Virus record (IMG/VR): IMGVR_UViG_3300021295_000003
Span: 32,001 to 96,000 of that record
Length of the DNA stretch: 64,000 nucleotides
Direction: 5' to 3' (one strand)
Source of the DNA: a virus
Lineage: Duplodnaviria; Caudoviricetes
The notes under the pieces are model-generated. The model ran no database searches. It was not told where the DNA came from and worked only from the letters and a program-made list of their open reading frames with translations. Positions 27,217 to 37,660 of the stretch are shown here, piece by piece. The stretch's first letter is position 1. Each line of letters begins with the position of its first letter. Both the position numbers and the translations under genes were made by a program.

Positions 27217-27768
27217 TTATTTAATTGCTAATGCAGGAACGAAACCTGCTTTTAAAGCTTCTACACTTGCAAGGGAAATCCAATTAGTTTCACTATTAGA
27301 TGTTTCAAATTCCTCATTTGCTGTGGAGTCTAAAAAGTCCCCTGCGGTAATTGCAGCATTTGCGGATTTGATTTTTAGTTCGTCTACTGTTGCTCCGAAA
27401 AATTCGACAGTTGCTCCTCTTGGGATAAATTCTCCCCATTCTTTGCTTTCTCTTGGTAAAATGTTTTGTTCATCTTCTGTCCAACCCATACCATCTCTTA
27501 ATTGTGGGTTGTTGATGATTTTACCAATGGCTTGACTTGCTTTTGGAGCTGGTTTTACAATAATATCTCTTGCAGTTGAGTCTTGGTGTAAAATAACGTA
27601 CTGTCCAATGTGCATAGGTGCAGCAAAAGTCCAATCAGGGTTTGGTCTACCAAATTCATCAAATCCTGTGTTCTTAAAAGTCATATCCCCTTCATACAGT
27701 CTTACTGCTAATCTTGGTCTATGATTTCCGTAATCCCTTGCAGGGATACCTGCGTCAATAACTCCCAT
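27217..27768 (-). CDS. Putative capsid decoration / cement protein
   Basis: 183 aa between scaffold and capsid genes; AAITAGDFL motif. Confidence 0.5.
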   Translation of the reverse strand: MGVIDAGIPARDYGNHRPRLAVRLYEGDMTFKNTGFDEFGRPNPDWTFAAPMHIGQYVILHQDSTARDIIVKPAPKASQAIGKIINNPQLRDGMGWTEDEQNILPRESKEWGEFIPRGATVEFFGATVDELKIKSANAAITAGDFLDSTANEEFETSNSETNWISLASVEALKAGFVPALAIK

Positions 27769-27769
27769 T

Positions 27770-28681
27770 CTATTCTCCTCCTTGTTTTATAAAAGATGGT
27801 TCTTTACCATCGTGGGTTTTTTTGTAAAATTCTAATGCTTTTTCAGCTTTTGACGGTTCGTTACCCTCGTTTCCTTCACCTACACCTTCGGCGTTTTGTG
27901 AGCCGATACCTTGTGCTTTTTTAGTGATTTCACGGTGGTTTGCAAGACTTTCAAGTTGTTCCATTGAAGCGTCTTTCCACGCTTTTTTGGCTTCTTCGTC
28001 TTCGCCAAATGCCTTGTTAAGCAATTCTGTTTTCTTGGCTTCTTCTATTTTAGAATAAGCCTCTGCTCTTGGTTTTAAACCATCTATTTGAGCTTGATAA
28101 TCTTCGTTTGAAGATTTTAAAGTAGTAATTTCTTGTTCTAATTCAGTAATCCTATTGTTTAAATCATCGACTTCGCCTAATTTTTTCTTATTAGCTTCAA
28201 TAATCGCTTCTTTTTGTGCGACTTGTTTGTTTAAGTCTTTGATTTGTCCATTTAAGGTATTAATTAGTTCTTCGTTCATTTTACTTCCTCCTTCGACACT
28301 ATTACATAAAATATGGCTTCTTGGTTTATCAGTCAAAATTACTTTTAATAATTCCCCATCAATAGCTTCGTAATAATCGCCTTTATCAATAAAATTAACA
28401 GAGAACTCTGGACTGAACCCTAAACCATCTAATTTCTCGTTAGTAGTTACTTCGGCTACTAATTCATTGTTATTAAAACCATAATTGTTAGTATAACCTA
28501 TCACATCAATTTTATTGTCCCCGTGTGAAGCTTCTAATGTTGAGCCACCAGTCTTTGAGGCAATCTCCTTTAAGAAACCATCAGTATAATTAACAGGTTT
28601 AACATCAAGTCCCTGTTTAATATACCATTCCTTATCATAAGTGATAGTACCAGTTTTAAATATAGTAAATTTATCAGTCAA
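27770..28681 (-). CDS. Prohead protease / scaffold protein
   Basis: Globular N-half (GFSPEF, VILTDKPR) plus coiled-coil C-half; internal GGAGG-ATG (MNEELIN) suggests a nested scaffold start. Confidence 0.6.
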   Translation of the reverse strand: MTDKFTIFKTGTITYDKEWYIKQGLDVKPVNYTDGFLKEIASKTGGSTLEASHGDNKIDVIGYTNNYGFNNNELVAEVTTNEKLDGLGFSPEFSVNFIDKGDYYEAIDGELLKVILTDKPRSHILCNSVEGGSKMNEELINTLNGQIKDLNKQVAQKEAIIEANKKKLGEVDDLNNRITELEQEITTLKSSNEDYQAQIDGLKPRAEAYSKIEEAKKTELLNKAFGEDEEAKKAWKDASMEQLESLANHREITKKAQGIGSQNAEGVGEGNEGNEPSKAEKALEFYKKTHDGKEPSFIKQGGE

Positions 28682-28687
28682 TATACA

Positions 28688-29461
28688 TCACCAACCCCTT
28701 AATTCCATATACTCATCAGAATAAACATCAGGCAACACCGGAACAAGAACACACATACCATTCGGGTGGTCTACTGGCCACCAAGACAATGGCATTGCTC
28801 CCATCGCTTCCAATTCATAACACCACGCACAAGTATTAATTCCACTCACACGCCAATAGAACAACGCTTCCTGCCCATAAATAAAAGTCTGATATTCACG
28901 TACAATCCTATTCCTTGCATACTGGGCATTATAATCAATATGATTAACCAAACGCCTCATAGCTCTACGGAAATTACTATGCAAACTAAACATACCAGTT
29001 GTAATAGCAACGTCCTTGTAAAAAGTTGCTTTATTCTTCAAATCAGTATATAATGTATCAGTAACTGTATCAACAGCAGAGTCAATAATAGACTCCAAAT
29101 CAACATCAGTAGAAACAGTTCCAGTTGGAATAGTGTATTCTACATCGAAATCAGCTTGAACATCAGCAATATAAGTCGCAAACAATGACATTAACAAATC
29201 TTTCATATCTGTATTGAAATCAGCGAGTTCCTCCTCAAAGGTTTCAGACAAGATATAAAATTCAGAGTCATACTTATGCAACAAATAAAACTCTTGAAGA
29301 AGACTTAAAGCAATTGCAATGAGTTTTTTAATTTTCTCATCACGTTCCTTCTCTTCTTCTTCCTCAAATTCTTCATCAGAGATTTCATTATCTAATAAAC
29401 CAAAAAACTCCTCATAATTTGGGGCTTCACGAACTGACTTCGGCAAGTCTACCAGCTCCAT
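28688..29461 (-). CDS. Head morphogenesis protein (Mu gpF / SPP1 gp7-like)
   Basis: W...TCAWC...PVDHPNGMC motif, directly after portal. Confidence 0.7.
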   Translation of the reverse strand: MELVDLPKSVREAPNYEEFFGLLDNEISDEEFEEEEEKERDEKIKKLIAIALSLLQEFYLLHKYDSEFYILSETFEEELADFNTDMKDLLMSLFATYIADVQADFDVEYTIPTGTVSTDVDLESIIDSAVDTVTDTLYTDLKNKATFYKDVAITTGMFSLHSNFRRAMRRLVNHIDYNAQYARNRIVREYQTFIYGQEALFYWRVSGINTCAWCYELEAMGAMPLSWWPVDHPNGMCVLVPVLPDVYSDEYMELRGW

Positions 29462-30722
29462 TGTTGATATTATTATAATTCATACCATCGGTTGGTTTTG
29501 AAGTTGAAATATTACCATTCTCATTGGTTATTGTATCGTCACCGTTTCCTGATCCTTCTTCGTTTTCAAGATATGTTCCCTCATTGATTTCAGGGTTGAA
29601 ATTAATCCAAACTTTTCCAGTCATACCTTTTAATTCAAGCATTGTTTGGAATAGTTTTTCCATATAACGTGATAACTTCTCTTGAATATATTCTTGGACT
29701 AATACTCTTCCGCTTTTGTCAGAGTCTAATTGTACTACCGCAGTAGAACGATTAGAGCTACTTGAAGAGTAAATCGCTTCCGGTGTGAATAATCCAACGA
29801 AAATACAATGTTCTAAATAATTTAAGTAATCTTGAACGTCAGGTAAGTTTGTATCTCCAATGAGTTGCGGTTCAATACCGAACGGTAAAGCAGTAACACC
29901 TAAATTATGATAATCTGATAACGCTTCGACCATTGCGTCCACTTCGTCATCTTCTATATTAACTTCCTTACGGTCTTTGTTACCTATTTGTAAAAATAAA
30001 GTGTTTGCTTGTTTAAAAACAATTTGGGGCATCATCTTTGTGAGCATTAAGTGCATATAAGCAAAATCCAAGACATTAGCCACTATTCCTTGTGGTTTAT
30101 CGTGTCTACGGAAAAATGCGGACACCATTAAATCATCAGGTTCAAAATCAAACTCCATTTGCTCATTATTCTTCACAATTTCGTTGAAACGTTTTCTAAA
30201 CCAACCTTTGTTAGTATTTTGGTTTACTTCAACGATTTGTTTGTAACCTATGATTTCTGCTCCGGTTTCATCATCGTAGATTTCTTTTATACGATAATTT
30301 TCCCCATCAAACGCTAATTCACGTAGAGTAACTTCGTTTTTATCTATAACTATCTCACGGAAGTCCACTCCATCAACACAATTATTCCATACAAGATTGT
30401 GCATTAAGGTTGAATAATCTAATCTTTCGTCTTCTTTGATGATGAAATCAATCGCTTCTTGATTATCGCCCTCAATAACCCAACCGCTAATAGATTTAAT
30501 TACTAAATCTTCTAAAATACCATTAACAATTGGGGATTTCTCTGCACATAATCGTAAATTCTTTATTGATGGAATAACAAGGTCTGGGAGTTTCTCTCCC
30601 CAATTAACACTTTCTTGATTTATATTCCCTCTTACATCATCAAAGCCAACATCTGTAATATCAGATTTTTCGCTATTGAATAATCTTGAACCGACTTTGA
30701 TAATTGGGTCAAATATTCCCAT
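29427..30722 (-). CDS. Portal protein (virus A)
   Basis: 431 aa immediately after TerL; SSSSNRSTA and IQEKLSRYMEKLF portal-like segments. Confidence 0.75.
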   Translation of the reverse strand: MGIFDPIIKVGSRLFNSEKSDITDVGFDDVRGNINQESVNWGEKLPDLVIPSIKNLRLCAEKSPIVNGILEDLVIKSISGWVIEGDNQEAIDFIIKEDERLDYSTLMHNLVWNNCVDGVDFREIVIDKNEVTLRELAFDGENYRIKEIYDDETGAEIIGYKQIVEVNQNTNKGWFRKRFNEIVKNNEQMEFDFEPDDLMVSAFFRRHDKPQGIVANVLDFAYMHLMLTKMMPQIVFKQANTLFLQIGNKDRKEVNIEDDEVDAMVEALSDYHNLGVTALPFGIEPQLIGDTNLPDVQDYLNYLEHCIFVGLFTPEAIYSSSSSNRSTAVVQLDSDKSGRVLVQEYIQEKLSRYMEKLFQTMLELKGMTGKVWINFNPEINEGTYLENEEGSGNGDDTITNENGNISTSKPTDGMNYNNINNGAGRLAEVSS

Positions 30723-30723
30723 C

Positions 30724-32043
30724 TTAATACACTCTCACTTTTCTGTAAAAATCTTTTCCCATAGGACGATTTGGTGATAAACTTCCCCTTACACCATACA
30801 CTCCATAAGCCAATGCGTCCATAGCGTGGTCATTAACCTTTACTGGCTCATCAAGAGTCACTCCTTCACGGTTTTTACGATATTTATAACCTTTAATCTC
30901 ACGTATTGTATTAACGCAACGTGGGTGAATATGAATACGAGTCTGCTTTGTAGTAGTGATTTTCGCCTTAACGTCCTTAATTCCTTTCTCCATTGGAAAA
31001 CCATTCTGTACAAACTCTTCAATACGGTCAGGTTCGGCAGCGTCACCGTAACCTGTGTTTAAATGCTCCGGCAGTAATTTATGCTTGAATAACATATCTT
31101 TACACTCTTGAATTAATTCACGGTTTAATAATTTCGCTTTATAAACCTCATCAAGCACATACACTTCATTATCATACCAAGCAAGTAATAAAAAACAACT
31201 TGGATTGTTAAAACCGAAGTCTGCTCCGAAACTGTAAAAATCAAAATTATCACGGACAACAACTGTATCATAGTTCGGATAAATCACATCTGTTAATTTA
31301 CCCCATTGTCCGGCACTATAACGAAGCCATAGCTCGTAATCTTCGTTTTTCAAGTTATCATAATAATCACGCTGAAATTTCGGTAATTTCAAATTCTCAC
31401 TATAATGGAAATGTGCTGATTTCCTCCTTTTCTGAATATTAGCCAAAATTTCCTCATAACTTGGATAAGGTTTGCCCTCTGCGATGGCTTCTTGTTTTTT
31501 AGTTTCAAATTCAGTAGTAGCGTCCGCAAATTCGTGATAACGTTTATAAATCCAATGCTCCTCACTTTCAGGTTGAACTACAAGTAACATTTGCGAATAT
31601 CCTCCTTCACGTTTACTTGCCTCGCCCCTACCAAGACGTAACATTAGTTCAATATAAAACTCGGGACTATTAAGTTCCTCCGCTTGTTCAATGTATATCA
31701 TATCTGCGTTGATTGAACGCACCTTCGAGAGCTCGTCTAACGCACCAAAATACAATTTACTATTGTTACTAAACGTAATAACTCCCTCTGACTTGTTTTC
31801 CTCATAAGGAATACCCAAATCATACAAAATATTACGAATTTCCTTCCAAGAAGTACGCTTCAAAGACGGTAAAGTCTTACGATAAATATAAATTGAAGCG
31901 TCAGGATACTTTAACGCATAAAAAATGACTTTATAACAAGCAAAGATAGTCTTACCTGATCCCGCACTACCCTCTATGAGTAATTCACGTGTACGGTCAT
32001 TAATCCATCTCTGTTGAGTTGGAGTCATCTCTACTGCTACCAT
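30724..32043 (-). CDS. terL: Terminase large subunit, PBSX-like (virus A)
   Basis: Walker A EGSAGSGKT, Walker B-like IYIEQAEE, nuclease GADFGFNNP, DAAEP, DHAMDALAY. Confidence 0.95.
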   Translation of the reverse strand: MVAVEMTPTQQRWINDRTRELLIEGSAGSGKTIFACYKVIFYALKYPDASIYIYRKTLPSLKRTSWKEIRNILYDLGIPYEENKSEGVITFSNNSKLYFGALDELSKVRSINADMIYIEQAEELNSPEFYIELMLRLGRGEASKREGGYSQMLLVVQPESEEHWIYKRYHEFADATTEFETKKQEAIAEGKPYPSYEEILANIQKRRKSAHFHYSENLKLPKFQRDYYDNLKNEDYELWLRYSAGQWGKLTDVIYPNYDTVVVRDNFDFYSFGADFGFNNPSCFLLLAWYDNEVYVLDEVYKAKLLNRELIQECKDMLFKHKLLPEHLNTGYGDAAEPDRIEEFVQNGFPMEKGIKDVKAKITTTKQTRIHIHPRCVNTIREIKGYKYRKNREGVTLDEPVKVNDHAMDALAYGVYGVRGSLSPNRPMGKDFYRKVRVY

Positions 32044-32533
32044 CGTTTACCTCATAATCAACTTCTATCGCTTCTTCTTCGTTGTTATCTGCGTCCACCC
32101 CAGTCATATTCACAATGTTGATTTCAATTGCTTTATCATCTTTGGCGTCTAATTCCAATGTATTTTTACGTTTATTAGCCGCACCGAAACGATTATCCTC
32201 TAAATACATAAGAATACGTGTATCTCCTTCGTCTACTTTCTTCCACATTGCTTTTAATAATCGTTTATGCAATTGAATATCAGCTCTTGCAAGTTCATCG
32301 ATAAACATTATCAAATTTGTACCGGTGTAACCGTCTTCAACATCTTCTCTGTAAAAACGTAACCAATCTTTAAATGTATGTTTAGACCCTCCGGCTGCAA
32401 CAAATGCCTCTGACGCAGTTAAACCACAATTAATCCCATCTTTAACTTTTTTTAAAAGGATTTCTCTATCTAATTTATCTGCAAGTAATCGTGGTTCGTG
32501 TGGTGGTCTGTAATCCGCAGGTAATTTTGCCAT
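32000..32533 (-). CDS. terS: Terminase small subunit (virus A)
   Basis: HTH-like EAFVAAGGSKHTFKDW, directly upstream of and overlapping TerL. Confidence 0.7.
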   Translation of the reverse strand: MAKLPADYRPPHEPRLLADKLDREILLKKVKDGINCGLTASEAFVAAGGSKHTFKDWLRFYREDVEDGYTGTNLIMFIDELARADIQLHKRLLKAMWKKVDEGDTRILMYLEDNRFGAANKRKNTLELDAKDDKAIEINIVNMTGVDADNNEEEAIEVDYEVNDGSSRDDSNSTEMD

Positions 32534-32580
32534 ATTCCTTCACTTCCTCCAATTTTGATACACAAAAGAAATTAGCTGAA

Positions 32581-32979
32581 TTACAATATATGTGAATTGA
32601 ACAATATTGATAAGACAATAGTTAAAACAGTTAATCCTAATCCAAAAATGGTTAATATCCTATTAATACGGATACGTGACTCTTTTTTGTCCTCTTCTAT
32701 CTTTTCTTCAAATGCTTGTTGTTTTGTTTCAATTGATTGTAATCTTAATTCTAATTCGCTATCGTCTGATTTAGACTCAATTTTTAATTCATTGAAGCCT
32801 TCAAGCACTTTATCGAATTTGTCATTCAATTTATCCATCTTACTGTTTAATTCATCTATTCTTCTTTCCTTAAAATCGCTATGAGCTTCTAATCTTTCTA
32901 TTTTCCTTGATTGAGCTTGTATTTGTTCTTCGTGTAAACATTCTAACGAAGTATTATGATTAGCAGTCATCATCATCAC
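32581..32979 (-). CDS. Coiled-coil protein with C-terminal TM helix
   Basis: Heptad pattern plus hydrophobic C-terminus; visibly homologous to 59228-59596. Confidence 0.7.
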   Translation of the reverse strand: MMMMTANHNTSLECLHEEQIQAQSRKIERLEAHSDFKERRIDELNSKMDKLNDKFDKVLEGFNELKIESKSDDSELELRLQSIETKQQAFEEKIEEDKKESRIRINRILTIFGLGLTVLTIVLSILFNSHIL

Positions 32980-33235
32980 CAGTCACGTATTCATCGTTCA
33001 AAACACCATCATCGGTAACTGGTTCTGCTTTTTTATTTCCTAAAAATTTAAATGTATTCGGATTGTAACTACTCCATACTGCCAATATTATCCCTACTAA
33101 TGCAACAAAGAATGTTGTAAAGGTTGCTTCATCAATGTTAATACCATACTTAACGAGTAATGGGGAAATTAACACATAAATCCATACTGCAATAGTTGAG
33201 ATGTTTCCTTGTGTAAAATCCAATATAATCACCAT
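32960..33235 (-). CDS. Holin-like membrane protein
   Basis: Two TM segments and acidic tail LNDEYVTGDDD; homologous to 58996-59250. Confidence 0.55.
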   Translation of the reverse strand: MVIILDFTQGNISTIAVWIYVLISPLLVKYGINIDEATFTTFFVALVGIILAVWSSYNPNTFKFLGNKKAEPVTDDGVLNDEYVTGDDDDC

Positions 33236-33244
33236 AAATGTTTT

Positions 33245-33409
33245 TTATTTTGTTGTCATTTCGTTTGCTATCGCTACCAATTCCCTGTATGTGAATAGCC
33301 ATTGATTATTACGCATTAAGACTACTCCTGTTTCTTCGATAAACACTTCATCGTGGTGTGTGTCTTTAATTAAGCGTATTCGTCCAAATAAATAACCATA
33401 ACCTTTCAT
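33245..33409 (-). CDS. Possible small protein (MKGYGYLF...)
   Basis: Only the 3' part of the ORF-track 163-aa ORF looks protein-like. Confidence 0.35.
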   Translation of the reverse strand: MKGYGYLFGRIRLIKDTHHDEVFIEETGVVLMRNNQWLFTYRELVAIANEMTTK

Positions 33410-33764
33410 AATGTAAACGTAGAGAGAAGAGGAGCGTATTATGGGTAAAAATGATAGTAAAAAAACCATTAATACGTCCCTCTTATGGAAATGACATAAT
33501 TTGAGTTGTTTATTTTGGAGGTTTATTGTCCTCTCTATTCGTATTATTCTTAATAATGGCATTTTTTGGTTTTCTGAAAAAATTTGGGGATTGTATATAG
33601 AAAACGTAATAATATACTCGGGAAAAGTAATACTAACCTTGAAAAATAAGCCAAAAAATAACTCCAACATAACCACTCCAAAACCACAGCACACAAACCA
33701 CAACCCCCAAACACACCAACCAAGAAAAAAAACCAATCAAATCAACAAAACAAGCCCAGCACAT

Positions 33765-33990
33765 CGTAGACACATTAGACACATTTTGACACATTTTACA
33801 AATGTGTCTTCACGGAGCAAGGAGAACACGTAAAAACAGTAAAAGAAACCATAAAAACAGTTTTCATATGAAGACACATTTCCGTGTTACATACACCCCC
33901 CTTTTTTTCAAAAAGTAGGAAAAATATAATGTGTCTTTGTGACCTTGTGACCTAATACAATGAAATGTGTCTATGTGACTATGTGTCTAA
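33765..33990. repeat. Cluster of GACACA(TT)/TGTGTC and TGTGAC short repeats, direct and inverted
   Basis: tagacacattagacacattttgacacattttacaaatgtgtc; aagacacatt; aatgtgtctttgtgaccttgtgacc; aatgtgtctatgtgactatgtgtct. Confidence 0.75.
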
Positions 33991-34610
33991 CTAATAATAT
34001 ACTATATAAAATAATAATATACTAATATATAAGAAAATAAATATATATAATACTCTAAAAGAAAAAATAAATAATATCCATTCTCCAACACTCAAATAAA
34101 CCCTCACTCCAAAAACCACCAAACACAACAAGACACAATAAAAAAATATAACAACGTTATAAAAAGAAAAAAAGGATACAAACATATGACAATCTGTAAA
34201 AAGCCGCTTTCCCTGGTCCCGTGATGTATTAAAAATTTTAAAAAAATAAAATATTCATTGAAAAAAGCGTATTTTTAAGCTTTTTTTTATTCAAATATTA
34301 GAAAACTTATTAAAAAACGTGACTTTATAGAATAGAAAACAATAAAAAAACTAAAAATTAAACGTTAAAAAAAAATAAAAAAAAGATTGAAAACATAACA
34401 ATAAAAAAATAATACGTTAAAAAATCAGTAATAAAGATATTAAAAAAATAAGATATGTTGCGGGCCTTGGTGGTGCCCGTAACATATGAGTATATTATTA
34501 ATAGGTTTTAAGGCGTTTGCTTTTTTTTATTGTAGTATTTTGTATATTATTTTTAGTATTGTTCTTAATATACTATATAAGATTAGGAATAATATAATAT
34601 ATATGAAGGT

Positions 34611-35276
34611 TTAGACCTCCCGTATATATTGTTTTGTTTTGCATTCATAGTATATTTTCTTGGTGGTTTTGCCGTTGCGCCCGTAATATGGTTTTATTGT
34701 CTTTTTAAAGTAATGGTTTACGGTTTTAATATAATAGTTATATAGATATTTAAAAGTTGTTTTCCTTGTTATGACGGTTTTATGGTTCCCGTTTTTGTAT
34801 TGGGTTTTTTCTGTTTTATAGTGTTTTGAATACTCTGTTATTAATTGGTTTTCTTTATACGCGTTGGTGCTAATTCCGTTTATTTTGTTTTTTATGGTTT
34901 GACTGTCTGTAAACTCTTCTAAAATATCTAATAATAGTATTGATAGTTCGTTTTTATTGTTGGTGTCACGGATTAGTATAAAAGTTTCTGGTTTTACGTT
35001 TGGAATTACTATAAAATTATTATAATTTGCTAAACGGTTAAACCTTGGTTTATGTTTGGTTGCGGTGGTGGTGCTATATACGGCGGCGGTTTCTATATAA
35101 AAACGGTTTCCGTCAATATCTATAAAAGCCCCGATAATAGTATTGTAACTATAAGCTAAATTTAAATTTGTATTTATGTCTAATAATGCCGCGCTTGTAT
35201 AATCTACGCGGTACTCGTTGTTAAATCCGTCTTTAATTAGATTTAAACTAATATAAGGTGTTTCTTTAATTAACAT
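34611..35276 (-). CDS. Hypothetical early protein
   Basis: 221 aa, preceded by AAGGACGTGTTAAAAAATG leader. Confidence 0.7.
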   Translation of the reverse strand: MLIKETPYISLNLIKDGFNNEYRVDYTSAALLDINTNLNLAYSYNTIIGAFIDIDGNRFYIETAAVYSTTTATKHKPRFNRLANYNNFIVIPNVKPETFILIRDTNNKNELSILLLDILEEFTDSQTIKNKINGISTNAYKENQLITEYSKHYKTEKTQYKNGNHKTVITRKTTFKYLYNYYIKTVNHYFKKTIKPYYGRNGKTTKKIYYECKTKQYIREV

Positions 35277-35477
35277 TTTTTAACACGTCCTTTAATTGTT
35301 TTTTTTAAATATAGTGTTTTTTTACGTGGTTTTATCTTATCCACGTTATAAAAAAGCTTTATAAACTTAAAATATACAATAAAATAAGATTAAAAATATT
35401 TATTGCATAAATAAAATAATTGGAGGTTAAAATTAATTTTAACCTTTTAAAGCTGTAATAAATTTTAAACACGTCCT

Positions 35478-35708
35478 TTAAAATTCTATTTGCTCGAACT
35501 CTATGTTTAATTTTAAATTAAAATCTAATAATAAACGTTTAATTTCATTAAAATAGTATTTTTTATCTTTTTTATTTTCAAATAACTTATAAAAATTAAT
35601 ACAATCATTCAAACGTATTTTACTAACATATGAACAACTGTTTAAATCATTTATAAGTATATTGTTACTTACTCCTTCGATAAGTTTTATAAAATCTTTG
35701 TTTTTCAT
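35478..35708 (-). CDS. Hypothetical early protein
   Basis: Same AAGGACGTGTTAAAAATG leader places the start at 35708 (MKNKDF). Confidence 0.55.
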   Translation of the reverse strand: MKNKDFIKLIEGVSNNILINDLNSCSYVSKIRLNDCINFYKLFENKKDKKYYFNEIKRLLLDFNLKLNIEFEQIEF

Positions 35709-35884
35709 TTTTAACACGTCCTTAAAAAATAAAATTTTTATTGCTATAAAAACGCTTTCATTATTAACGGCGGTTTTATGCCGTTAAACGCCTTTACTTT
35801 AACGTAACCTTGACGGTTACACGCGTTTAAAATTTTACCTTTAAACGCGGTGTCTAACTATTGATAATAATAGTTATGTTACTG

Positions 35885-35903
35885 TACTATATAAATGTTT
35901 TGG
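35885..35903 (-). promoter_or_regulatory. Archaeal BRE-TATA promoter
   Basis: CCAAAACATTTATATAGTA on the minus strand, nearly identical to the site at 40749-40767. Confidence 0.6.
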
Positions 35904-36440
35904 TATAATGTAATATTTATTTTACACTTAAAATTAAAAATAGTTTATCTGGTCCCGTTAAACGTGCGGCACGTGTTAAACGTCCCGTTAATTGAATAAA
36001 TCAATATTTTTAAAGTTAGTTTATTTTATTGTTAAAAATTGTTAGGCGTTTACGTGCCGTTTAAATTAACATAACGTTTAATTAAATCAATACTTTAAAC
36101 ATTAACTATTAAAATAAATAATCATATCTTTAATAATTCTAACTAATAACAATAAAAACAATAAAGTTAAACTATTAAATATAGATTAACTAATAAAAAA
36201 AGATTACTTTTTAAAAATTTTAACGGCGGACCCGTCAATATAAATGTTTAAAGGCGGGATCCGTTACGGCGTTATAAAATTTAAAATTTTAAAAGATCAG
36301 TACGGGACAATATAAAATTTTATTTTTTTAAAAGATCAGCTTTCCAGGTAGTTTATCAGCGGCAGCAGCGTCTGTTTCGGGTCCTGGTCCTGATAGGTTA
36401 ATCTTTTCACGTGAGTGAGTTGGTGAGAGTGTTTTTTTAC

Positions 36441-36808
36441 TTTAAGTTATGGTAGATAACTCGGCGGAAAAATTTTTTTTCTTTAAGTTTATGGTAGATA
36501 ACTGGGGCGTTTTTGTTTTAAGTTATGGTAGATAGATTTTGGAAAATTCGGCTTTAAGTCTTGGTAGATAGATTTCAAAAGTTTTTCTTTTAAGTTATGG
36601 TAGATAACTTTGAGGGTTTTTGTTTTTTTTTTAAGTTTTGGTAGATGGAGTGTGCTTGGATTTTTGTTTTAAGTATTGGTAGATGGTTTTTTAAGTTTTC
36701 GTAGATGGATTTGGCGTGTTTTTAAATTTATGGTAGATGGATTTTTGATTTTGGTTTAAGTGTTGGTAGATAGGTATGGAATGCTTTTTTTAAGTTTATG
36801 GTAGATGA
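36441..36808. repeat. Array of 11 bipartite repeats TTTAAGT-N2/3-TGGTAGAT with variable spacers
   Basis: Copies start near 36441, 36482, 36517, 36553, 36589, 36630, 36668, 36690, 36721, 36755, 36789. Confidence 0.92.
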
Positions 36809-37137
36809 TTTTTTAGTATTTTTTAGGGTTTTTCAAGTGTTTCAGCTGCTTTTCAAGTGTTTTTTCAGCAGATAAAATTAAAAAATAGTAATTTTCAATG
36901 ATTTTAAGATAATTTGTTAAAAAAAAGAGTAGTTTTCTGTTTGGACGTGTCAAGGAGAGAGAAATGTTTGTGCAAAGACGTGTAAAATTGCACAATATTC
37001 CTCTCTCCTCTTATGTGTTTTCTTTTAAGTGTTTTTCCTTTTAAAATAGTTAGACTTTTTTTAAAAAAAACAATTTAAAAGACGTGTAGAACTATCCTTA
37101 TGGACAGTTCAGTTAAATTATTTGTACTTGAATGTAT

Positions 37138-37416
37138 TTAAAACTTTCGAGGAGTCACATCAATAAAGTTTTTGATTAATTCCTCCAATTGTTTAAATTC
37201 AACTTTGCTACCGAAGATTAAGAGGTGAGAATGGTATACAAATCCTTTCCTACTGTATCTGCAATGAGCAGTACGATTATTCACTTCTCCTCCTTCGTAT
37301 TTGTTCCATTTACCATAATCAACGTCCTTTTTGATAATGGACGCTAACTGTTTAACGGTAACAGTTTTGCCTTTTGTTGTACTGTAACTATCGTTAGTTC
37401 CGTAAATATATCTCAT
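37138..37416 (-). CDS. Hypothetical early protein
   Basis: 92 aa, GAGGAGG RBS. Confidence 0.65.
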   Translation of the reverse strand: MRYIYGTNDSYSTTKGKTVTVKQLASIIKKDVDYGKWNKYEGGEVNNRTAHCRYSRKGFVYHSHLLIFGSKVEFKQLEELIKNFIDVTPRKF

Positions 37417-37420
37417 AATA

Positions 37421-37660
37421 TTAGTCCTCCTCTGTTAATAAGTCAATGTAATTTTCTTTAAGGTATTCTTGTACATCAGGAAACCTGCTGATTAGTTCGT
37501 CAAGGATTTGACAAGCAGTTTCAGCTTCTAAATCCCTTAATTTGTCTACAATATTGAATGCAATTAAGGGGGTTGGTTTTTCTACTGGTCTGAAACAGTT
37601 ATACTGTTTGTTTGTTGGGGTTTTGATTAAATCCATCAGATTAATCCTCCTTTGGTTCAT
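37421..37660 (-). CDS. Hypothetical early protein
   Basis: GGAGG inside the 5' end suggests the start is at MDLIK. Confidence 0.6.
   Translation of the reverse strand: MNQRRINLMDLIKTPTNKQYNCFRPVEKPTPLIAFNIVDKLRDLEAETACQILDELISRFPDVQEYLKENYIDLLTEED

Noticed and set aside
12375-32884. Many plus-strand ORFs opposite the structural genes
   Set aside because: Antisense shadows of real genes, with no RBS or motifs.
33410-34185. ORFs 33245-33736 (5' part), 33501-33833 and 33991-34185
   Set aside because: They arise from low-complexity, strand-skewed non-coding DNA.
36441-36808. CRISPR mini-array (repeat ends in GTAGAT like Cas12a repeats) or TIGR-like array
   Set aside because: Repeats are 17-18 nt and degenerate, lack the TCTAC stem partner, spacers are 4-23 nt and low-complexity, and no cas or Nop-domain gene is visible.
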